NCBI GenBank assembly: GCA_049570475.1
Contig: CP186953.1
Location: 1,344,001-1,408,000 of the forward strand
DNA from: Candidatus Methanosuratincola verstraetei
GTDB lineage: Archaea; Thermoproteota; Methanomethylicia; Methanomethylicales; Methanomethylicaceae
Length of the DNA: 64,000 nucleotides
Direction of reading: 5' to 3'
A program made the translations under genes and the position numbers. Shown one piece after another: positions 19,246 to 28,411 of the stretch; position 1 is the stretch's first letter; each line of letters starts with the position of its first letter. The notes beneath the pieces were generated by a model. The model worked only from the letters and a program-made list of their open reading frames with translations. It was not told where the DNA came from and did no database searches.

Positions 19246-19371
19246 AATATATGTAGTATTTTTAATGATAAAAAATTAATAATTTTTTCGAATATAAATA
19301 AAAAATATATTCACTATATTTTGGTATATATAGCGAGTTTTTAAGAGTGTTGGTTAATATTCTATTTAACA

Positions 19372-19686
19372 GTGATTGGAATGCGGATTGAGAACAAGAA
19401 GATAGAGGGTGATATTAAGGTAGCCGAGGAGCTTACGGTGAATGGCACCATAACGGGGAGTGCAGTCGTTTCAAACGGCGGCAAGCTCATACTCAATGGG
19501 ATAGTCAAGCAGGACGTGATCCTCGAAAGGGGATCTTATGTCGAACTCTACGGCGAGGTCGAGGGCGACGTTCACAACCACGGCGGCGAGCTGAAATTGT
19601 ACGGGAAGGTCAACGGTTCGCTTTACAAGGATGCAGGTGTGATCGTGATCCATCCGACCGCTGTCATCAAAGGCAAGATTTACTGA
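19372..19686 (+). CDS. Bactofilin-like polymer-forming beta-helix protein
   Basis: Repeated I/L-x-G-x-V-x-G units (IEGDI, LTVNGTITG, LYGEVEGDV, LYGKVNG, IKGKI). Confidence 0.7.
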   Translation: MIGMRIENKKIEGDIKVAEELTVNGTITGSAVVSNGGKLILNGIVKQDVILERGSYVELYGEVEGDVHNHGGELKLYGKVNGSLYKDAGVIVIHPTAVIKGKIY

Positions 19687-19791
19687 TTTTCTATTTTTTC
19701 CATCCCCCTTGGATTCACAATCGTTAACAAGCTCCCCAAGATTAGGCTGATTCAGGGCGCGATTCAAGTTCATTTCAAGCCTGGGATCCGC

Positions 19792-20673
19792 TCAATCCTC
19801 AGGCCTATGATCTGTGCTTGCATCCTTTTGGATGGCAGAAGGGGATCTATTAGTTTCGGAGGCTGTGGGGGCTTCGGCGGGGGCTTTAGAGAGGTTAGAA
19901 GCGCTCGGCGCTCCATTACTGAGCATTGAAGCGAATGCCTCTGCCCATGAAAGTGCTGCCCTCCCTCTTTCTGTTATCGTGTAATTTTTGTTCACCCTGT
20001 CCACTGCCAAATATCCCTCCTTTGCTAGCGCCCTCAAATGGAACTGGAGGTGCCCAGTCCTCAAGCCAAGAGTTCTGCTCATCTCTGTGAACTTCATACT
20101 CCCTTGGCTGAGCAGCCTCAGCAAGATAATCCTCCACCTGTTCGAGAGCGGCATCAGGGCATTCTCGATCTCGATGGGTTCTGGCGATCCATTCGTCTTT
20201 GTTTTACCCGTGATGGCATTGTTGGGCTGATCAGAGGAGTCCCGGCTGCAATTGGATCCGAGCGTGGTGTCAAACACAGTTATCAGGATCTTGACTTCTT
20301 TTGTAAGGCTCAAAACTCTCTCCGTGCAGGCTGCGTCGAGGCAGGGCCTTTCAATGGATTCGATCAATACTTCCAACTGACTCAGGAGGAGCAGCGCGCC
20401 CGTCGTGTCGCCCCTTGCAAACCGTCTGAGCCCACCCTCGATCGTCTCTCTCACTTTGTCGAAGCAGTGCTCCTTAATCTCGCATTCCGAAGTTCTGCCA
20501 ATGCCATTCATCTCGGGGTTGAGCAACCCTTGGGTTTCTATGCCGACCAGTGCCCTGACCTCGTCACAGAAAGCCCGGCGGAGGTCTTCATACCTGATCT
20601 TGCCAAAATCCCTCCCCAGCGCCCTTATCTCATTCCTTAGCCCTTCGATTTCTTCAAGCAGTTTCGTTTCCAA
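19792..20673 (-). CDS. ArsR/HxlR-type winged-helix regulator with Cys-containing N-terminal domain
   Basis: PLSNRWRIILL...FTEMSRTLGLRTGHLQFHLRAL...YTITERG. N-terminal CEIKEHC and CLDAAC. Confidence 0.8.
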   Translation of the reverse strand: METKLLEEIEGLRNEIRALGRDFGKIRYEDLRRAFCDEVRALVGIETQGLLNPEMNGIGRTSECEIKEHCFDKVRETIEGGLRRFARGDTTGALLLLSQLEVLIESIERPCLDAACTERVLSLTKEVKILITVFDTTLGSNCSRDSSDQPNNAITGKTKTNGSPEPIEIENALMPLSNRWRIILLRLLSQGSMKFTEMSRTLGLRTGHLQFHLRALAKEGYLAVDRVNKNYTITERGRAALSWAEAFASMLSNGAPSASNLSKAPAEAPTASETNRSPSAIQKDASTDHRPED

Positions 20674-20752
20674 CCGGGATCACTTTAATAATTAAATATT
20701 AAAAAGTAATACTTATATCTACTGCAGGGGTATTAATAGCGGGGGTAATTTT

Positions 20753-21163
20753 GTGGTAGCTTTACCTGCAGATGTAATGAAGATCCTCAACGATCCGCGG
20801 GCCTCAAAAATACTTGGAACAAAGACCCCTGATGGGCATGTCCACATGATCCACGTCGGCAGCCTGATGGCACCAGATCCAAACACAATAGTTGTAGGCG
20901 CAATATTGATGAAGAGGAGCAGCAGCAACATGGAGAACATGAAAAAATCGAGGGAGCTTGTATCCCTCCTGGTCACGAAGGAGATGACCTCATACGAGAT
21001 CAGGGCAGAGGTTAAGGATTACCTGACTTCTGGGGCGATTGTTGACAGGATGAATTTGGAGCTAAAAAAGATCGGCCTCTCTGCGAGGGGCGTCTGGGTG
21101 CTCGAGCCCAAGGAAGTTTGGAACCAGAGCGCAAGCTACGAGGCTGGCAAGAAGATAGCCTAG
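20753..21163 (+). CDS. Pyridoxamine-5'-phosphate-oxidase-like FMN-binding split-barrel protein
   Basis: KILGTKTPDGHVH...EVWNQSASYEAGKKI pattern. Confidence 0.7.
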   Translation: MVALPADVMKILNDPRASKILGTKTPDGHVHMIHVGSLMAPDPNTIVVGAILMKRSSSNMENMKKSRELVSLLVTKEMTSYEIRAEVKDYLTSGAIVDRMNLELKKIGLSARGVWVLEPKEVWNQSASYEAGKKIA

Positions 21164-21263
21164 CTTGACGGATCCTCTACTTTTTTTGTTTTTAGCTTCA
21201 ATAAGTTCGCTACGAGAGTTGCCCGTGGCGCTTTACAACCTCTCGTGGTTCAAATAAGAAATA

Positions 21264-21272
21264 TTTATATAA
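21264..21272 (+). promoter_or_regulatory. TATA box of the ilv operon
   Basis: TTTATATAA preceded by purine-rich AAGAAA, about 160 bp upstream of ilvB. Confidence 0.55.
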
Positions 21273-21434
21273 AAAGCCCCGTTATTTATGGAACTAAGTG
21301 ATAGTGATGAGGAGTACTGCTGGTGCCTGCCTTCTATTCATTCATACCTGATCGTCTGCCATTTGAAGCTGTTCCACCTCGCAGCAGTCCTCTCATATCT
21401 GCAAACAGAATTCTTATGGTGATCAGGAGGGGCT

Positions 21435-23141
21435 TTGATGAGGGTTTCAGGAGCTAAAGCCTTAGTGGAGGCGCTGAAGGACGAGAAGGTCGAAGTGATC
21501 TTCGGCATACCTGGGGGCTCCACAATACCTTTCTACGACGCTCTTTACGAATGCGCTGAGAAGGGGGATCTGAGGCACATACTTGCCCGCCATGAGCAGT
21601 GCGCTGCGCACATGGCCGACGGATACGCGAGGGCGAAAGGCATACCTGGCGTATGCACTGCCACAAGCGGCCCCGGTGCTACAAACCTTGTGACGGGGAT
21701 AGCCGTCGCGCATATGGACAGCTCACCAGTCGTTGCGATAACGGGGCAAGTCCCCCGTTCCATGATCGGGAAGGATGCCTTCCAGGAGGCTGACATTGTG
21801 GGAATAGTCACCCCGATCACCAAGTATGCCTTCCAGATAACACGGGCCTCAGAAATACCCGATACCGTAAGGGCTGCCTTCATGCTTGCAAACACAAACC
21901 GGAAGGGCCCTGTATTGGTCGACATCCCGAAGGACGTCTTCTACGAGGAGGTCGACTATATGGAGGCAGAGAAGGTCAGGATAGGCGGGTACGTTGTGAA
22001 AAGCGGCGATCCCCATCCCTATTCGATAAAGCGGGCTGTAGGCCTCATACTCGAGTCTGAGCGCCCGCTCATAATAGCCGGAGGGGGAGTGATTGCTTCA
22101 AACGCAAGCGCTGAGCTCGTGAGGCTCGCCGAGACGATGCCCGCTCCGGTAGCGACAACCCTGATGGGAAAGGGGGCAATCCCTGAAGTCCACCCTCTCT
22201 CGCTTGGTATGATTGGGATGCACGGGAAAGGGGAGGCAAACATGGCCGCGGAAGAGGCTGACCTCATCATAGCAGTGGGCATGCGCTTCAATGACCGGAC
22301 TGTGGGCAGGATGGAAAAATTCGGCGAGAACGCCAGGATAATACACATAGACATTGACCCTGCGGAGATAGGGAAGAACTTGGGTGTCGATGTCCCAATC
22401 GTGGCTGACGCGCGGAAGGCCATTGCGGCAATCGCTGACCGCCTGCTCGAGGTGGGGATAAGGAAGAAAGAGAACGAATGGTCGAAAAGGATAGCCGAGC
22501 TTAAGGAGAAGTACAAGGAATTCTACAACAGCGAAGAAGCAAAGGGGTCCCTCAGCCCCAAGCGAATAATGAAGATCCTCCGCGCCTGCATACCTGAAAG
22601 GTCGATCATTACCACAGGAGTGGGGCAAAACCAGATGTGGGCGGCCCTTCATTTCCAGGTGTTAGAACCGCGCACGTTCATCACCTCTGGGGGGTTGGGG
22701 GCCATGGGTTTCGGGTTCCCGGCTTCGTTGGGCGTCAAGGTTGCATGCCCTGAAAGGCCCGTCTTCAACATAGACGGCGACGGGAGCTTCTTGATGACCG
22801 AGCAGGATCTGGCCACTGCTGTGGTAGAGCGGATCCCGACCGTAACCTTGGTGATGGACAACCGGGTGCTTGGGATGGTCAGGCAGTGGCAGTGCATGTT
22901 CTGCGACAAGCGCTACTCAGAGACGGATCTGGGGGCGGTTCCTGACTTTGCCAAGCTTGCGGAGGCATACGGGGCAGAAGGGATCAGGGTGGAGAGCTAC
23001 AGTGAGCTCGAGTCGGCGATAAGAAGGAGCGTCTCTGCCGAAATGCCTGTTGTGATAGATGTCCCTGTCTCGCAGGACGAGAAGGTGCTCCCGATGGTTC
23101 CTCCTGGCAAGACGCTCAGGGAGGTGGTCTGGTTTGGCTGA
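21435..23141 (+). CDS. ilvB: Acetolactate synthase large subunit
   Basis: FGIPGG, RHEQCAAHMADGYAR, TSGPGATN, AFQEAD, GMIGMHG and the TPP motif GDGSF...N. Confidence 0.96.
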   Translation: MMRVSGAKALVEALKDEKVEVIFGIPGGSTIPFYDALYECAEKGDLRHILARHEQCAAHMADGYARAKGIPGVCTATSGPGATNLVTGIAVAHMDSSPVVAITGQVPRSMIGKDAFQEADIVGIVTPITKYAFQITRASEIPDTVRAAFMLANTNRKGPVLVDIPKDVFYEEVDYMEAEKVRIGGYVVKSGDPHPYSIKRAVGLILESERPLIIAGGGVIASNASAELVRLAETMPAPVATTLMGKGAIPEVHPLSLGMIGMHGKGEANMAAEEADLIIAVGMRFNDRTVGRMEKFGENARIIHIDIDPAEIGKNLGVDVPIVADARKAIAAIADRLLEVGIRKKENEWSKRIAELKEKYKEFYNSEEAKGSLSPKRIMKILRACIPERSIITTGVGQNQMWAALHFQVLEPRTFITSGGLGAMGFGFPASLGVKVACPERPVFNIDGDGSFLMTEQDLATAVVERIPTVTLVMDNRVLGMVRQWQCMFCDKRYSETDLGAVPDFAKLAEAYGAEGIRVESYSELESAIRRSVSAEMPVVIDVPVSQDEKVLPMVPPGKTLREVVWFG

Positions 23142-23646
23142 AGACGGCATGCGCATAATATCTGCACTCGTCGAGGACAGGCCGGGCGTGCTCTTCAAAG
23201 TTGCCTCGCTTATCAGGAGACGCGGATTCAACATAGCCACAATAACGGTTGGAGGAACCGAGAAGGACAATATCTCGAGGATAACCATCACAATGAGAGG
23301 AAATCCTGCGATCGTCGAGCAGCTGGTCAAGCAGCTCAGCAAGATCCCTGACGTAATCAAGATCAGCGAGCTTGACCCCGAAGACTCTGCATTCAGGGAG
23401 CTGGCTCTTGTGAAGGTTTCTGCGACCGATCCGGCGAAACGTTCTGACATCCTTAACTACATCAACATCTTCAGGGCGCGGGTGATCGATGCCTCGAAGG
23501 ACTCGCTTGTAATAGAGGTTGTCGGGCAGCCGAGGAAAATCCAGGCATTCCTTGACCTCATGAAGGGCTTTGGGATAATCGAAATGGCAAAGACTGGGAT
23601 AGTCGCCCTCTCTAGAGGAGCCAGGTCCACTTCGATAGTTGACTGA
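23134..23646 (+). CDS. ilvH: Acetolactate synthase small (regulatory) subunit
   Basis: ISALVEDRPGVL...RRGFNI...RELALVKV...KTGIVALSRG. TTG start at 23134 after GGAGGTGG. Confidence 0.93.
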   Translation: MAEDGMRIISALVEDRPGVLFKVASLIRRRGFNIATITVGGTEKDNISRITITMRGNPAIVEQLVKQLSKIPDVIKISELDPEDSAFRELALVKVSATDPAKRSDILNYINIFRARVIDASKDSLVIEVVGQPRKIQAFLDLMKGFGIIEMAKTGIVALSRGARSTSIVD

Positions 23647-23750
23647 TCGTCTTGTGAATCTTTATTTTTTCACTGGTGCCCCCCCACAAACGGGAAAAAA
23701 GGCAAATGTTTTATTTTCTCAGTTCGAATATGATTCCAGAGGAGATCTCA

Positions 23751-23972
23751 ATGGGCTACATGTGCGGATGCATAAACGGGCACACTTGGTGGTACTTCAC
23801 CGACGCGACCCCATGTCCATACTGTGGCACCACTGAGAAGGTTTGCACCGAATATGAACGCAAGGACCTCGTCAAATACGAGTGCGAGAAGAACCACAAA
23901 TTCTGGGCTGACTACAAGGTCACCATGTGCCCGCTGTGCGGCACCAAGAACGTAACCAAGAAGAGCGCCTAA
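23751..23972 (+). CDS. Small tandem zinc-ribbon protein (73 aa)
   Basis: SD GAGGAG then ATG. Two C-x3-H-x-W/F...CPxCG units. Confidence 0.7.
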   Translation: MGYMCGCINGHTWWYFTDATPCPYCGTTEKVCTEYERKDLVKYECEKNHKFWADYKVTMCPLCGTKNVTKKSA

Positions 23973-24196
23973 ACAAAACCTCTTCTTTTTTTCAGGTTTG
24001 TTGACTTTGTAGGTGGGCTGAAAATAGTATTTGCAACAATGAGGCAGCATTTGCGGTTTAATTGCCCTCGTGCACCGCAGCAGTTGATTGGTTTTTTCCT
24101 TCGTTACAGGCGGATTCGATGTAGAGTTTGATTTTAACGCGTCAATTTTGGTCATATTTATAAACAGCAAAGTATATTCAAATTCCGGTGAGATGT

Positions 24197-25186
24197 ATGG
24201 TAACCATATACAAGGACAATGACGCAGATCTTTCTATACTCAAAGGCAAGAAAATTGCAGTTCTCGGCTATGGCAGCCAAGGCAGGCACCAGGCCCTGAA
24301 CCTCAAAGACAGTGGCTTGGACGTGGTCATAGGCTTGAAGAAGGGGAGCAAGTCTTGGAAAGTCGCTGAGCAAGACGGATTCAATGTGTACTCTGTCGCT
24401 GAAGCCTCTAAGATTGCGGACTTCATAATAATGCTGATACCTGACGTGAGGCAGCCTGAAGTTTACGCCTCAGAGATCGCGCCGAACCTGAAGGCTGGCA
24501 AGATCCTCGGCGTGTCTCACGGCTTCAACATCCACTTCGGCCTCGTGAAACCCCCGAAGGATATCGACGTGATAATGGTCGCACCGAAGAGCCCTGGCGT
24601 CAGGGTTAGGGAGGAGTACCTGAAGGGATATGGCGTCCCCTCAATAGTCGCGGTATACCAGGACTACTCAGGGAAGGCTTGGGCTGAGACCTTGGCGTGG
24701 GCAAAGGGAATCGGATCGACTAGACCCGGGGTCATAAAGACCACATTCAAGGAGGAGACTGAGACCGACATCTTCGGTGAGCAGTGTGTCTTGGTCGGCG
24801 GTCTCATGGAACTCATAAAGACAGGTTTTGAGGTCTTGACGGAGAAGGGCTACCAGCCAGAGGTTGCATATTTCGAGGTATGCAACGAGGCTAAGCTGAT
24901 AATGGACCTGATCTTCCAGGGCGGGATGGAGAAGATGCTCAAGGGCGTCAGCGACACCGCCAAGTACGGTGGGCTCGTTTACGGTCCAAAGGTCATTGAC
25001 GACGATACAAAGAGGAAGATGGAATGGGTTCTCGGGAACATCACGAGCGGCAACTTTGCAAAGGAATGGATGTCTGATCCAGCAGCGAGCATGAAGCGCC
25101 TCAGTGCCCTGATGGAAGAGACGATGAACCATCCGATAGAGAAGGTTGGCAAGGAAGTCAGGCGCCTGATGGGTCAGGAGAAATAG
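24197..25186 (+). CDS. ilvC: Ketol-acid reductoisomerase
   Basis: GYGSQG, HGFNIHF, MVAPKSPG, ETETDIFGEQ and SDTAKYG. Confidence 0.96.
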   Translation: MVTIYKDNDADLSILKGKKIAVLGYGSQGRHQALNLKDSGLDVVIGLKKGSKSWKVAEQDGFNVYSVAEASKIADFIIMLIPDVRQPEVYASEIAPNLKAGKILGVSHGFNIHFGLVKPPKDIDVIMVAPKSPGVRVREEYLKGYGVPSIVAVYQDYSGKAWAETLAWAKGIGSTRPGVIKTTFKEETETDIFGEQCVLVGGLMELIKTGFEVLTEKGYQPEVAYFEVCNEAKLIMDLIFQGGMEKMLKGVSDTAKYGGLVYGPKVIDDDTKRKMEWVLGNITSGNFAKEWMSDPAASMKRLSALMEETMNHPIEKVGKEVRRLMGQEK

Positions 25187-25272
25187 CTCAGTTAATTGTA
25201 AGACCGTGCTCCTTTCTTTTTTTTGGAAAAAATAATATACTCATTTTCAGTAATTAATATCTGGTCTTGTAA

Positions 25273-26505
25273 ATGCGCAAAAAAACTTTTTCCATACCTC
25301 TTTTGCTGATCTTTGTTCTGGCGCTGATCTCCTTTTCCCCCGTCCGTGCTGAAAATTTAACAGTGACGATAAATGCTTCTGGACTAGGTAGCGGCGCAAC
25401 TGGAACCGTAATCAATTTTATGGGAACAAATGTCGCTGCTTCGCAACTGCCGAAGCAGTTCAGCGTGGCAAACGGCACAAATGCAACTTATGCATGGCAG
25501 CAATACGTTACGGTCAACTCGACTTACAGGTTTGCATTTGTCAATGCCTCGAAAACAACAACGATTGTCAGTTGCTTGCCAGGGATATCTCCAATTTGCA
25601 TATTTCTGCCATTCACAACAAACATGACTCAGAGTGGTACAATACTCATCACAACCAATACCTCTATGATGGCTTACTATTCCCCTGAGGTCTACTTGCA
25701 GTACGCCACACCTGCAGGAGGCTCAGCGAATATCACCTCAGGATGGTACCTGCCTGGCACAGCTCTTGTGATCTCAGCCACACCCAACTCAGGGTACAAC
25801 TTTGATGGATGGACCACGACTGGATCACTCTCAGTCCAAAACTCAAGCGCATCTGTGACAACGCTTACGATCAACGGACCTGGCACCGTCACAGCAAAGT
25901 TCGTAGTCGCCCCTCCCCCGCCATCCGGGTTCCCCATGGAGTACGTAATCTTGATTGTTGCGGTCGTTGCTGTTCTCGGGATAGCGGGCGCATTCCTGAT
26001 GAGAAGGAAGCCAAAGCCGCCGCCTGCCCCTAGACCAGTAGCGCTGAGGATAATCCCTGAAAAGAAGGAGATATTTGCAGACGGGCGTTCCTCGACAGAC
26101 GTCGTTGTCGAGCTGGTGGATTCAGAGGGTAAGCCTATCAGCTCTGATGTCGTGAGGGAAGTTCACCTGTCCGCCTCAGACGGTACAATTCCGCAATCTG
26201 TAACCATTCCAAAAGGCGCATCCTCAGCAAGGGTCCAGCTGTCATCTTCAATTCGCGTGGGTCAGGTGAATTTGACTGCATCGTCAAAGGAACTTCAATC
26301 CGCCCAAGCGACAGTTGCCTTCGTTGAAAAGAAGCGGTACTGCATGGTCTGCGGACAGAGGATGCCTATCGATGCTAGGGTCTGCCCGAGCTGCGGAAGC
26401 GCTCCGCCCTCAGGCGCAGATACAAAAGTATGCCCGAACTGTGGGGCCGTCATACCTATCGTGGCAAAGTTCTGCAGGGAGTGCGGAGCAAGCCAGCCTG
26501 CATGA
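25273..26505 (+). CDS. Bitopic membrane protein: extracellular beta-sandwich/InlB-B-like repeats, TM helix, cytoplasmic invasin-type Ig domain, C-terminal double zinc ribbon
   Basis: Signal peptide, many NxT/S sequons, SGWY...ATPNSGYNFDGW, TM followed by RRK, IFADGRSSTDVVVELVD, four CxxC pairs. Confidence 0.75.
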   Translation: MRKKTFSIPLLLIFVLALISFSPVRAENLTVTINASGLGSGATGTVINFMGTNVAASQLPKQFSVANGTNATYAWQQYVTVNSTYRFAFVNASKTTTIVSCLPGISPICIFLPFTTNMTQSGTILITTNTSMMAYYSPEVYLQYATPAGGSANITSGWYLPGTALVISATPNSGYNFDGWTTTGSLSVQNSSASVTTLTINGPGTVTAKFVVAPPPPSGFPMEYVILIVAVVAVLGIAGAFLMRRKPKPPPAPRPVALRIIPEKKEIFADGRSSTDVVVELVDSEGKPISSDVVREVHLSASDGTIPQSVTIPKGASSARVQLSSSIRVGQVNLTASSKELQSAQATVAFVEKKRYCMVCGQRMPIDARVCPSCGSAPPSGADTKVCPNCGAVIPIVAKFCRECGASQPA

Positions 26506-26553
26506 CCAATTCTTATATCCTTCTTTTTTTATGATATGGTATAGGGGAGTCCT

Positions 26554-26949
26554 TTGGGTTCTATTGCCGCAAAATTAGGCGATTTTGTAAATGCTACTGA
26601 CGTCCACATGGTCATGATGCCTTCTCCCGGAGGCCCTGTGCCTGTTTTTGTGAGCCTGCCTTTCCTTGGTCCTATTGCAGAACAGGTCAGCAAGGATGTT
26701 TTCATTGGGGGTTTGCCTGCAGCGACTGTGGGCAGTGTTGCTATCAATACGTCGCCCCACATAGCCCCGCCTCCAGGAACCTTTGCGAAGCCTCCTTCGA
26801 ACAAGGCCCAGATCGTCGATGGAAGCAAGAGCGTATTCATAAACGGCAAACCGGCAGCCCGGGCGGGCGATCCCGCATTGACTTGCAACGATCCTGTTGA
26901 TATGCCGGTCGGAACTGTTGTGGCAACGGGGAATGTATTCATAGGCTGA
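26554..26949 (+). CDS. PAAR spike-tip protein
   Basis: IAAKLGD, VFIGGLPAATVG and VFINGKPAARAGD with His/Cys metal ligands. No C-terminal extension. Confidence 0.93.
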   Translation: MGSIAAKLGDFVNATDVHMVMMPSPGGPVPVFVSLPFLGPIAEQVSKDVFIGGLPAATVGSVAINTSPHIAPPPGTFAKPPSNKAQIVDGSKSVFINGKPAARAGDPALTCNDPVDMPVGTVVATGNVFIG

Positions 26950-27015
26950 CGGTTTGATTTTAAGGGCGGGCACCATCGACTAAAAAGGGGATTGGTTGAG
27001 ACATATTAAAAAAGT

Positions 27016-27708
27016 TCAACCAACCTTCCCCTTGCCAATCTCTATCCTCTCTATCACGCCAACCTCAAACTCCACTGAAATCTCCTTCTCCGCGATGCAG
27101 ACGATCCTCAACCCGTCCTCCAGCCGTATCCCTTTCAACGGTCTGATTCCGATGCCTCGCCTTTCAAAGGCATCCGATTCGGCGAGCAGGACCTTGACAA
27201 CTTCCTCGGCGAGGGAATCCGTCTTCTGGCTATCGCCCCCTCTGATGTCGATGAAGTACTTGGAGATGAGCTTGAGCGCCCTCCTCAGCACATCTGCCCT
27301 TGTTCTGTAAGAGATCATGGCTTTCCATACTGGCTGCCTGAATTCGATTATCCCTGCCTTGTAGTCGACTGTATAGCCTTCCCCTTCTGCTATCTTTGTC
27401 CAGCTCTCCTTTCCCGACTCATGTCCTTTTCGCTCGAGTACTTGGACCTCCAGGCTGCCCCCCTCTGGTTTGTTCTTGAGCCTCTTCCTTGCTTCGTCTC
27501 TTTTCAGTTCGAGGACTTCGCTGATCTCTGCCGTCTTGGAACCCTCGCTGTCTACTGCCTGCTGAGCCCCGAACTTGAAGCCCCCGCAGGAAACCCCAAC
27601 CGAAGGCGTGCCCTTGATGCGGTCCAATGCGCCGACCTGATCCCCTGGAACCCCTTTGAGGTTCTTGCGGAGGGTCTCGATCAGAAGTTCTTCGATCTCT
27701 TGCAGCAT
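27016..27708 (-). CDS. CIS-associated protein, possible tail terminator/cap with an inserted beta domain
   Basis: Last gene of the tail operon. N-terminal helix MLQEIEELLIETLR resembles tail-completion proteins. Internal YTVDYKAGIIEF motif. Confidence 0.45.
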   Translation of the reverse strand: MLQEIEELLIETLRKNLKGVPGDQVGALDRIKGTPSVGVSCGGFKFGAQQAVDSEGSKTAEISEVLELKRDEARKRLKNKPEGGSLEVQVLERKGHESGKESWTKIAEGEGYTVDYKAGIIEFRQPVWKAMISYRTRADVLRRALKLISKYFIDIRGGDSQKTDSLAEEVVKVLLAESDAFERRGIGIRPLKGIRLEDGLRIVCIAEKEISVEFEVGVIERIEIGKGKVG

Positions 27709-27714
27709 TCCATG

Positions 27715-28401
27715 TCACTCTTGCAGAATGGCCCCTGATCGGATCCTTGATGAATAGTGTATGACATTGCCAATCCTGGGGGCGCACTCCGGGTTGGTAT
27801 TCCTGAACGTGACCGTGAGCACTTCTTTCTCAGGGGAGGGGTTCTTGGCCCTGTAACGGTACCACACATTCTCGTTTGGGGAGAGCAGATATTCGATGTA
27901 AGGGTTATCGGTCCCCTTCGGCCTGAGCTTGGACCTCTCGTGCACGTAAAGGCCATTGACCACCGCACTCGTGCCGTCGATGTACTCGAATGTTATCTCG
28001 AGCGTCTTCCTGTCCCCGTTCTCTGCCCCTGACCAGTAGTCCATTGACTCGAACTTTGCGGCGATTCCGAACCTGCAGATCACCCCTTCAGATCCCTTTT
28101 GAGCAACCCATTGCCTCGTGATCAGCCCGACCACGGGGGAGTCGTATGACGTCTTCTCCCCTGGCACAACCTCGTTCAGCGCGTAAGAGGTACCTACAGG
28201 GCTGACCATGTTGAGAAGGGTCTCTGTCTGCTCCATGCTGTCAATGTATTCCCTCAGCTTATGGAGTCTCGCCTCAAGATCTTGTATGTCCCCGAGGATC
28301 TCCTCCTGCATCCTGTTCCAGTCCTCAGACCTTATCACTTCACCGGGCTTTCTCAGAATTGGCTTGAATTTACCCACAAACCCACACTCCTTTTTGATCA
28401 T
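27715..28401 (-). CDS. CIS-associated protein, candidate short fibre/receptor-binding protein
   Basis: PGEVIRSEDWN N-terminal motif, heptad coiled coil, beta-rich C-terminal domain. Follows the baseplate genes. Confidence 0.45.
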   Translation of the reverse strand: MIKKECGFVGKFKPILRKPGEVIRSEDWNRMQEEILGDIQDLEARLHKLREYIDSMEQTETLLNMVSPVGTSYALNEVVPGEKTSYDSPVVGLITRQWVAQKGSEGVICRFGIAAKFESMDYWSGAENGDRKTLEITFEYIDGTSAVVNGLYVHERSKLRPKGTDNPYIEYLLSPNENVWYRYRAKNPSPEKEVLTVTFRNTNPECAPRIGNVIHYSSRIRSGAILQE

Positions 28402-28411
28402 TGACCATAGG

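Noticed and set aside
19246-19371. Replication origin
   Set aside because: AT-rich, but no ORB/G-string repeats recognised and no cdc6/orc1 nearby.
21209-21256. tRNA-like element (hairpin followed by GGTTCAAAT)
   Set aside because: Only one imperfect hairpin (ACGAGAGTTG...CAACCTCTCGT); no cloverleaf or acceptor stem.
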